Origin: Planctomycetota bacterium
Lineage (GTDB): Bacteria; Planctomycetota; GCA-002687715; DRQF01
Direction of reading: 5' to 3'
Assembly: GCA_027001995.1 (NCBI GenBank)
Contig: JALTLO010000174.1
Span: 1-34,438, forward strand
DNA length: 34,438 nt
The notes below the pieces were generated by a model. It was not told the DNA's origin. It saw only the letters and a list, made by a program, of their open reading frames with translations, and searched no databases. Positions 18,053-25,101 of this stretch are shown in pieces. Both the position numbers and the translations under genes were made by a program. Position 1 is the first letter of the stretch. Each line of letters starts with the position of its first letter.

Positions 18053-20467
18053 ATGACCTTGAAAAAGAACCGCGTTCATCCGGTTTCCGTCAATCTTTCT
18101 GAAGCCTGCTGGCAGCTCCCCCCAGATGCCCCAGTCCCAGAAACAACAGCGGATCTTACCCCCGATGATGCCATCATTGGTCAAGAGCGAGCTCTCAAGG
18201 CCCTCAAACTCGGCCTTGAGCTCTACAAAACGGGCTACAATGTCTTCGTTTGTGGGATCGCCGGGACCGGACGTACGTCAACAGTCAAGCGCATCCTCAA
18301 TTCCTTAAAGCCAAGTTGCGCCTTGGCAGATGACCTGGCTTATGTCCACAATTTCGACGATGCCGAACGTCCACGGCTCATCACCCTGCCAAGAGGGAGT
18401 GCTGACAAGTTCAAGACATTGGTTCACGAGTCTCTCCGGTTTCTCCGGTCCGAAATTGATCGTCTCATCAATTCTCCAGAGACCAGTGAACGCTTAAAGG
18501 CCATCGAAAAAAGCTATTTGGCCGTGGCCAAGAAAGCCACCGAGGACTTCCGCAAGAAAATCGGGGAAGCCGGATTCGCCCTGGCAGCAAGCAATGAGGA
18601 CGGCACTGTCGTCCCAGACTTAGTCCTCCTCATAGGCGAAACGCCCTATCATATTCAAGATTTGCCACGACTCGTCGCCGAAGGCACCATCACCGAAACT
18701 CAGAGCAAAGAATACAGCGAAAAAGCTGAGTCTTTAGAAGAAGATTTGGTTGAGTTTGTGGCCCAGCACCAACGCATTGGCCGAGACCTGGCTGCTACAA
18801 CCACAAAAACCCAGCGCCATATTGTGCGCTTGGCCATTGGCGGTTTCTCCAAGTCCATCCTGAACGAATTCGCCAACCCGGCGATTGAGTCCTGGTTGGG
18901 GCAGGTTCGGGACACCATCTTAGAAAACCTCGATGTTTTCCAACGTCCCCAAGACAAAGAAACGAATCCGGAAGGAGGAGATGGGCCTGACTTCTCCGCC
19001 TTTGATGTCAACATCGTCTTGAGCAGTCATGCACAGGGCTGTCCCGTCGTGGTGGAGAACCATCCTAGCTATCAGAATCTCTTCGGTAGCCAGGATCGAG
19101 TTGCCGTGGCCCCTGGGGTCTTTGGCACAGATTTCACCCGCATTAAGCCAGGGGCCCTCCTACGGGCCCAAGGGGGCTATCTCATCGTCAATGCTCCAGA
19201 TCTGCTGGTAGAAAACGGCGTATGGCCTCAACTCAAACAAACCTTGCGATCGGGAGAGTTGGTCATTCAGCCCATGGACGGAGCTGCCCAAGGTGGTGTC
19301 CCCGTGCTCAACCCCGACCCGATTCCTTTGAACGTCAAAGTCATTCTCTTGGGTAGCAGCGCCCTCTACGAATCACTCCACGAAAAAGACCACGAGTTCG
19401 GCAAGATATTCAAAGTAAAAGCCGACTTTGATACCTCCATCACAATCACCGATGAGTCCCTTCCCAAATACCTCAATGCCGTGGTGAGAATCATCCGTGA
19501 AGAAAAGTTGATGGACTTAGATCGAGATGCCATGGAGGCCTTTCTTCAATTCAGCATGCGCGCAGCAGATCGACGGGGCCGTCTGTCAACCCGGTTTTCG
19601 ACCTTGGCTGATGTCCTCAGGGAATCGGACTATGTCGCCAAGCAATGCGGTGACGCGACCATCAGCCGCCAGCATGTGGAGCAAGCCATCGAAGACGCCA
19701 AAGAACGCCTCAGTCTCTACGAAGACAAGATGAAGGAGAGGATCGACTACGGTGAGGTCATTTTAGACACCCAGGGGTCTCGCGTGGGCCAGATCAATGG
19801 CCTCACGGTCATGAGCATCGGCGAATACGCATTCGGCTCCGTCTCACGTATCAGTTGTCGCACCTCAGCGGGCAAAAACGGCGTGGTGGATTTAGAACGG
19901 GAGGCAGACTTGTCAGGCTCAAGCTATGACAAGGGCTCGATGATTCTCCAAGGTTTCTTGAATGGGCGATTTGCTCAGGAATTCCCCCTAACATTCTCAG
20001 CAAGCATCTGCATCGAACAGTCCTACGGTTATATCGATGGCGACAGTGCTTCATCCACAGAGTTGTTCCTCTTGATGTCAAGTTTGGCGGGCATTCCTCT
20101 GCGCCAAGATTTGGCCTGTACCGGATCTGTGGATCAATTCGGAAACATTCAACCCGTTGGCGGAGTCAACGAGAAGATCGAAGGCTTCTTTGATGTCTGC
20201 AATCGCCGAGGACTGACGGGGACTCAGGGTGTCATCATTCCCCAGACCAACAAGAGCGACCTGATGTTAAAGCGGCCAGTTCGAGAAGCCATCGCCCAAG
20301 GCCGTTTTCACATCTATCCCATTCGCTCGGTGGATGAAGGGCTGGAGATTCTCACCGGTTTCCAAGCGGGTATAAGGACTCGCACCGGAGCTTGGACCAC
20401 GGGGAGTGTAAACGCCGAAGTTCAGGCATCGTTAGAACTCTTACACAAGTCCGGTTCGGAATCTTAG
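18053..20467 (+). CDS. LonC-type (AAA_32 plus Lon_C) Lon-like protease
   Basis: IIGQERA, Walker-A variant GIAGTGRT, coiled-coil insert, GALLRAQGG, GQINGL, and catalytic dyad DGDSAS / GGVNEKIEGF. Confidence 0.92.
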   Translation: MTLKKNRVHPVSVNLSEACWQLPPDAPVPETTADLTPDDAIIGQERALKALKLGLELYKTGYNVFVCGIAGTGRTSTVKRILNSLKPSCALADDLAYVHNFDDAERPRLITLPRGSADKFKTLVHESLRFLRSEIDRLINSPETSERLKAIEKSYLAVAKKATEDFRKKIGEAGFALAASNEDGTVVPDLVLLIGETPYHIQDLPRLVAEGTITETQSKEYSEKAESLEEDLVEFVAQHQRIGRDLAATTTKTQRHIVRLAIGGFSKSILNEFANPAIESWLGQVRDTILENLDVFQRPQDKETNPEGGDGPDFSAFDVNIVLSSHAQGCPVVVENHPSYQNLFGSQDRVAVAPGVFGTDFTRIKPGALLRAQGGYLIVNAPDLLVENGVWPQLKQTLRSGELVIQPMDGAAQGGVPVLNPDPIPLNVKVILLGSSALYESLHEKDHEFGKIFKVKADFDTSITITDESLPKYLNAVVRIIREEKLMDLDRDAMEAFLQFSMRAADRRGRLSTRFSTLADVLRESDYVAKQCGDATISRQHVEQAIEDAKERLSLYEDKMKERIDYGEVILDTQGSRVGQINGLTVMSIGEYAFGSVSRISCRTSAGKNGVVDLEREADLSGSSYDKGSMILQGFLNGRFAQEFPLTFSASICIEQSYGYIDGDSASSTELFLLMSSLAGIPLRQDLACTGSVDQFGNIQPVGGVNEKIEGFFDVCNRRGLTGTQGVIIPQTNKSDLMLKRPVREAIAQGRFHIYPIRSVDEGLEILTGFQAGIRTRTGAWTTGSVNAEVQASLELLHKSGSES

Positions 20468-20490
20468 AAAACACCCGGGAGATCCCGCCA

Positions 20491-21162
20491 ATGAAACGCG
20501 TCCTTGAAGCCGAATACATGGATGACAAGCAAGAATCCAATGACTACGACGCCATGGATCACAGCTTGCCCAATGGCGCCTTCGTCGATCGTCTGATGGA
20601 GTTGGGTGCCAGCGGGACCATGCTCGACCTAGGGTGTGGCCCAGGGCACATCCCCCCGATGATTGTCGACCGCTCTCCCACGTCGCGGATTATTGGCTTA
20701 GATGCGGCCGCCACCATGTTAGAAATTGCCGAAAGCCACCGTCTCTCTTGTTCGGCGCCAGAGCGAATCACTTATCAATTGGCCGATGCCAAAGCTCTTC
20801 CCTTCTCGGACAATAGTTTCGACGTTGTCATGAGCAACACCGTCTTGCACCACATTCCAGACCCTATACCATTCTTGGAAGAAGCCAATCGCGTACTAAA
20901 AGCGAAGGGTGTGCTGTTGATTCGGGATTTATTTCGTCCCGATAACATGACCATGGTCGAACACTTGGTCCAGCTCCACGCATCTGGAGAGAACCCTGAG
21001 CAGCAAGCTCTTTTCCACGCCAGTCTCTGTGCCGCCTTAACGCCGGAGGAACTTCATTTGCTCGCGGAAAAAGCCGGAATCGGAGGTTTCGAAATCGTCC
21101 GAGATTCCGATCGGCACATGTCCCTCCAAAGAGCGGCAATCCAACCTGATTCAGCGCGGTGA
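20491..21162 (+). CDS. Class I SAM-dependent methyltransferase
   Basis: GGGAG RBS, LDLGCGPG, GLD, DAKALPF..FDVVMSNTVLHH; N-terminal RVLEAEYMD..YDAMD. Confidence 0.9.
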   Translation: MKRVLEAEYMDDKQESNDYDAMDHSLPNGAFVDRLMELGASGTMLDLGCGPGHIPPMIVDRSPTSRIIGLDAAATMLEIAESHRLSCSAPERITYQLADAKALPFSDNSFDVVMSNTVLHHIPDPIPFLEEANRVLKAKGVLLIRDLFRPDNMTMVEHLVQLHASGENPEQQALFHASLCAALTPEELHLLAEKAGIGGFEIVRDSDRHMSLQRAAIQPDSAR

Positions 21163-21227
21163 TTCCACTGGGGAGCGGCCTCAGAGTGATAAATCAGGTG
21201 GGTTCCCCCCGAATAGGGAGCAGAAAT

Positions 21228-21266
21228 AAAAAAAGGCGGACCAACGGGAGGATGTCGGTCCGCCTT
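21228..21266 (-). terminator. Rho-independent terminator, minus orientation
   Basis: AAGGCGGACCGAC-ATCCTCCC-GTTGGTCCGCCTT followed by further T residues on the minus strand. Confidence 0.8.
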
Positions 21267-21350
21267 ACCAAGGCGACTATGGCCGGTATCAGGCGTAGTT
21301 GGAAGAGGTGGGTGTGTCCCCGCGCAAGCACGGGAACGAACCACAGCCGC
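21228..21350 (-). ncRNA. Candidate structured small RNA (5' end uncertain)
   Basis: 12-bp helix (21350-21339 with 21284-21273), 9-bp G(CUUG)C hairpin (21337-21316), C-rich linker, and a 13-bp terminator with a U tail. All non-Watson-Crick pairs are G-U on the minus strand. Confidence 0.55.
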
Positions 21351-21446
21351 AAATGGCAACCAGTTCATAAGGCTCCCAAAGGTACCCTCCGTTTCTCCCC
21401 CAAGCGGGACGAAAATCGAGGAAACCCAAGAAGTCACGATTTCGGG

Positions 21447-21475
21447 TTGAAGCGAAGGCCCAGTGGAAATATCTT
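21447..21475 (+). promoter_or_regulatory. sigma70-type promoter of tRNA-Met
   Basis: TTGAAG (21447-21452), N17, TATCTT (21470-21475), GC-rich discriminator GGGCCTCC; same -35 hexamer as the tRNA-Ser promoter. Confidence 0.65.
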
Positions 21476-21520
21476 GGGCCTCCTCATTGAAGCGACATTT
21501 CTTGAGGAAACTGGCTACAA

Positions 21521-21594
21521 GGCGGCGTAGCTCAGCTGGTTAGAGCGGAGGATTCATAAGCCTCAGGTCACTGGTTCAAGTCCAGTCGCCGCTA
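21521..21594 (+). tRNA. tRNA-Met(CAT), elongator type, CCA not encoded
   Basis: GGCGGCG/CGCCGCT-A acceptor, TAGCTCAG..GGTTAGAGC D-arm, TTCATAA loop, GGTTCAAGTCC T-arm. No C1 mismatch or three consecutive G-C anticodon pairs, so not the initiator; Ile2 is less likely. Confidence 0.93.
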
Positions 21595-21603
21595 CTCAGA
21601 AAG

Positions 21604-21632
21604 AAAACTCGGCCTTACGGCCGAGTTTTTTT
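21604..21632. terminator. Intrinsic terminator, possibly bidirectional, between tRNA-Met and aroF
   Basis: AAAACTCGGCC-TTAC-GGCCGAGTTTTTTT. Confidence 0.88.
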
Positions 21633-21709
21633 GTGCCCACGGGATCCACAACTCAGAGGCCATTGGGGCCCCGTTCTTGGCTCTACAGCCCCAATCATTG
21701 AGTTCTGAG

Positions 21710-22750
21710 TCAGGCTTGAGCAACGGACGTCATGGGCCCAGGGAGGCTACGGCCCATAATCTGGACAATGGGGGCCAACTCTTTCATCAGCTGCCCAAAT
21801 TCCTCCAGAGAAAGAGATTGCCGACCGTCCGAAAGAGCCAATTCTGGCCGTGGATGAATTTCTATCATCAGACCATCGGCACCAACGGCCACAGCGGCCT
21901 TGGACATGGGCCCAACGAGCTCAGAAAGCCCTGTACCGTGGCTGGGATCGACAATGACCGGAAGATGGGTCAATTGCTTGAGAAGGGCAACAGCCGCCAA
22001 ATCCAGGGTATTTCGCATGCGCGGCTCAAATGATCGAATGCCCCGCTCGCAGAGAACAATGTTCTCATTCCCCCGCATGAATATGTATTCAGCAGCACCC
22101 AAAAACTCGTCTACGGTAGACATCAAGCCACGTTTGAGAAGAACCGGAGTTTGGGTTCGCCCAATGGCTTCCAAGAGCCGAAAATTTTGCACATTGCGAG
22201 ACCCCACCTGGAGCATATCTGCGGACTGAGCCACTAAGGGGACTTCTTCCGGTGACATGACCTCGGTCACAACCATAAGCCCAGAGTTCTTGCCTGCGGT
22301 GGCCAAGTAGTCCAAACCCGTGGAGCCTAAGCCCTGAAAGGCATAGGGCGATGTGCGGGGCTTAAAGGCCCCACCTCGAAGACCCACGGCCCCGGACTCT
22401 TTGGCGCTTTGGGCAATTGACTGGAGTTGCTCCAACCCCTCGACGCTACATGGCCCGGCAATCACCGGGAATTGGCCACCGCCGAAGCTCACCTGGCCCA
22501 CAGAAACCGCCCGGGTGCCTTCGTTTCCGGATTTCCCGATCATGCCCCACGGGCCAGTCATCACCACCACACGGCTGACCTCCGGGCAGGTTTCAAACCT
22601 TTCCACCAGAGAATCCCCACCACGAAAGCTCAAGACCCGGCATCCATCACCGCGTTTGACGACGTTTTCAAGCACACCCTGAGTCCCGGCCAAGCTCGTT
22701 AGAGCCTCAACCACGGCTTCATCGGATGTTTTTGTGACCACCACAATCAT
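21710..22750 (-). CDS. aroF: 3-deoxy-7-phosphoheptulonate (DAHP) synthase, type I-beta with N-terminal regulatory domain
   Basis: IAGPCSVE, RGGAFKPRTSPYAFQG, QVGSRN, LLKRG, LCERGIRSF, VDPSH, EIHP and SDGRQ; MIVV-type N-terminal extension. Confidence 0.95.
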   Translation of the reverse strand: MIVVVTKTSDEAVVEALTSLAGTQGVLENVVKRGDGCRVLSFRGGDSLVERFETCPEVSRVVVMTGPWGMIGKSGNEGTRAVSVGQVSFGGGQFPVIAGPCSVEGLEQLQSIAQSAKESGAVGLRGGAFKPRTSPYAFQGLGSTGLDYLATAGKNSGLMVVTEVMSPEEVPLVAQSADMLQVGSRNVQNFRLLEAIGRTQTPVLLKRGLMSTVDEFLGAAEYIFMRGNENIVLCERGIRSFEPRMRNTLDLAAVALLKQLTHLPVIVDPSHGTGLSELVGPMSKAAVAVGADGLMIEIHPRPELALSDGRQSLSLEEFGQLMKELAPIVQIMGRSLPGPMTSVAQA

Positions 22751-22847
22751 GGAGCGATATTTGGACTCCCATGGGGAATCCTCCTAAGCCTATTGTCGGA
22801 AAGGAGATCGAAGCTATCGGGCTGGATAACTTCAACTGATTCACGTC

Positions 22848-22875
22848 ATTCTATCAGCCCGAATCAGGCGGTCAA
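22848..22875 (-). promoter_or_regulatory. sigma70-type promoter of aroF
   Basis: Minus strand TTGACC (22875-22870), N16, TAGAAT (22853-22848) with extended TGn. Confidence 0.65.
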
Positions 22876-22888
22876 GAATGGTTGTTCC

Positions 22889-24574
22889 TTACCAATCCTT
22901 TCGCGAGTAGATAAAGGTGGCGAGATCGTGCTCGAACCCCCCTGTTCCGCACACACCCAAGACCTCAGCTTTTCTCATCCACTCTGCGGCTTTGGCTTTG
23001 TTCTTGCCAAAGAAGTAAATCATGGAGAGAAAAGATTGGAGGTTTGGATTGCGTGGATCTTTCTTGATGGCGCTTTCAAAAGCGGCAATGAGGGCTGGAC
23101 GCGCTTTGGGATTTGCCGCCATTTCCGCGATCAACCGTTCCCGAGCTACTGTGGGCACAGGCCAAGCTGGCCCTTCTTCATCACCCTCCCAGCTATCAGC
23201 GCGGCAAGAAACAAGACGACAAACGCCAACCAATTCAGCCCCAGTGGCTGCCCAATCCTCTTGCAGAGCATAAATGCCAGCCAACTTGTCCCGCAACGGC
23301 ACGAAGAATGGCACTCGCTTGATGCTCTCTTTCAAGAACTTCACTGCCTCTTGGGGTTTGTCAAGTTTACTGGTGATATCAGCCAAAAGCAGCGCCACAG
23401 AATCAATCTCTGGATTCGACTTCTTAACAGCCAAGGCCAAGGGCAAAGCTTCTTCATAGGCCTCGCGCACCTGGACCAAAATTTTCTCCTTGTCGCTGGT
23501 GAGTCCTTTGATTTTCTCACGCAATTCGGCAGTTTCTGCGTTCTTGGATTCCCGCTCAGCGTCAGCTAAGTCCCCTTCAATTTCTTTGATCCGTTCTTCG
23601 ATCTCAAGGATGATGCGCTCGCCTGTATAAGCTTTGGCTTTAAGACGCACTGCCAAACGATAAGTGAGAGAAAGGTTGTCCTTGTCAGCCGCGCTGCGCT
23701 CCCGAAGCTCGTCTAAGTCAAGACCCGTGTAAGCCGGCACATCTGCATCCTCTGGGCAGCGCCACTCTAAGAACTGTGTGAGCGGATGGCGTCCACCGGT
23801 GACATCATCGCAAAGACCCACTTGCTCCGCCCCTTGCATGACGGCCCAAGCCGACTCGTGCCGCCCAGAAACGTAAAGCGCACTGGCGTAGCTGATGAGT
23901 AGGTTCGTGTTGGTAGAGCCACTATCGTACATGGCTTTGAAGCTCTTCAGAAGAGCCCGTCGAAAGCCCTGGTCGATCATCCATGTTTCCTCTGATGCCA
24001 GTGTCTCAGAGAAAATTGGGGCTGTACCAGACGAAAACCAAGTCGACACATATTCAGCAGCTTCCTTCGTTTTCGCCGGGTCTGGCTTCTCGTCATTGTT
24101 GCCCATTCGGAGCAATGCCCGGACACGCATGACGCGCATGTCATAATCCAAGTCCGTGACTTGGGCATACTCGTCCAAAACCTCAAGCACTTTGTCAAAC
24201 TCGCGCCTGCGTTCATGCTGACGAGCCAAGACTCGGTAGACGTAAGTGAATTCTGGGCCAAGTTTCTTGATTTCATCCAGTTGGTTCTGAAGGTCCTCCA
24301 ACATGGCTGTGCGACGACGCCGATTGTCAGTCTTCGGCAATTCGTCCAAGATCAGGCGAACCGTACGCATCCGGAGGCCAATATTGGCTGGATCCGCTTT
24401 GATGGCGGCCTTGAGGTCTTCCATGTCGTTGCCCGTGCAAGCCGTGGGACTATCATCGTCTTGAGAGAAGCCCTGGGGTGACAGGAACAAAAATGCAGCC
24501 AAAATGACTATGATAGTCATGACATACTTGTGAGGAATCATCGTCAAAGTCATGAGATGGAGTAATCCTTCCAT
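22889..24574 (-). CDS. Secreted TPR-like protein with internal duplication
   Basis: Hydrophobic signal region, TPR-like helices (AIKADPAN, AVKFLKESIKRVP, AIKKDPRNPN) and a coiled coil. The start could be one of several downstream ATGs. Confidence 0.75.
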   Translation of the reverse strand: MEGLLHLMTLTMIPHKYVMTIIVILAAFLFLSPQGFSQDDDSPTACTGNDMEDLKAAIKADPANIGLRMRTVRLILDELPKTDNRRRRTAMLEDLQNQLDEIKKLGPEFTYVYRVLARQHERRREFDKVLEVLDEYAQVTDLDYDMRVMRVRALLRMGNNDEKPDPAKTKEAAEYVSTWFSSGTAPIFSETLASEETWMIDQGFRRALLKSFKAMYDSGSTNTNLLISYASALYVSGRHESAWAVMQGAEQVGLCDDVTGGRHPLTQFLEWRCPEDADVPAYTGLDLDELRERSAADKDNLSLTYRLAVRLKAKAYTGERIILEIEERIKEIEGDLADAERESKNAETAELREKIKGLTSDKEKILVQVREAYEEALPLALAVKKSNPEIDSVALLLADITSKLDKPQEAVKFLKESIKRVPFFVPLRDKLAGIYALQEDWAATGAELVGVCRLVSCRADSWEGDEEGPAWPVPTVARERLIAEMAANPKARPALIAAFESAIKKDPRNPNLQSFLSMIYFFGKNKAKAAEWMRKAEVLGVCGTGGFEHDLATFIYSRKDW

Positions 24575-24693
24575 ACAATAGCAATCGTGGCATCATGCCG
24601 TTTAGCGAACGCGCGGCATTGTAGGCAGCGGGAAGGACGGAAAAAAGGCAGAAGAAGACGCAATCCACGGGCAAAATCGAGCAGCACAAACCA

Positions 24694-25101
24694 TTGAATA
24701 AGAAGAACTTACGTCAATTCGTCCAGAACCCAAGTCCCACAGCCCTCGGCTGCGGTGTAGTGCTGGTCTTCCTCAGTTGCTTTGGCTTGGGCGGGATCTT
24801 GAAAATGATGACCACCAGTGCAGGAAAAAGCCTGATCTTTCTGGCCGCCATTTGGCTTCCCGTCTTAGTCTTGGGCTTCTATTCTTTGCGCGTCATTCGG
24901 TCATTTGGACGGCTCCCTCGGGGTGGGGACGCCGAGCTAATCGCTCGTTTGCAACAGAAGATTGAGAAAAGCGATCTGAAAACCAAAGAGCCGCCAGCAC
25001 CTTTGATGGAACCGGCGGCTGATGATTTGGAAAGCTCGAAGTCTACTTCTCTTGATCTTGAGGAACCTTCGGAGTCGGGTCCACTTTCTTCTCCTGAATG
25101 A
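24694..25101 (+). CDS. Hypothetical two-TM membrane protein with an acidic tail
   Basis: TTG-start ORF filling the gap between two minus-strand genes; two clear hydrophobic helices. Confidence 0.5.
   Translation: MNKKNLRQFVQNPSPTALGCGVVLVFLSCFGLGGILKMMTTSAGKSLIFLAAIWLPVLVLGFYSLRVIRSFGRLPRGGDAELIARLQQKIEKSDLKTKEPPAPLMEPAADDLESSKSTSLDLEEPSESGPLSSPE

Noticed and set aside
18053..20467. Degenerate Walker motifs in the Lon-like protein as a novelty
   Set aside because: Expected for the LonC subfamily, which is described as ATP-independent.
21246..21300. Short similarity of the candidate RNA's opposite strand to tRNA 5' ends (GGAGGATGTCGG, GGCGTAG)
   Set aside because: Matches are too short and gapped to exceed chance; no tRNA remnant or att-site structure.
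21054..21530. ORFs 21054-21437 (-), including an ATG at 21368 with GGGAG, and 21159-21530 (+)
   Set aside because: They run through a terminator, the methyltransferase 3' end or the tRNA promoter and show no recognisable protein features. Translation from 21368 cannot be fully excluded.
21548..21564. A31-G39 mismatch in the tRNA-Met anticodon stem as a sign of a pseudogene
   Set aside because: All other arms, the promoter and the terminator are intact, and a mismatch at this pair occurs in some functional elongator tRNA-Met.
4364..25101. Convergent 3' overlaps (4364-4404, 11535-11606, 25043-25101) as antisense regulation
   Set aside because: Short tail overlaps are common in compact genomes; no further evidence.
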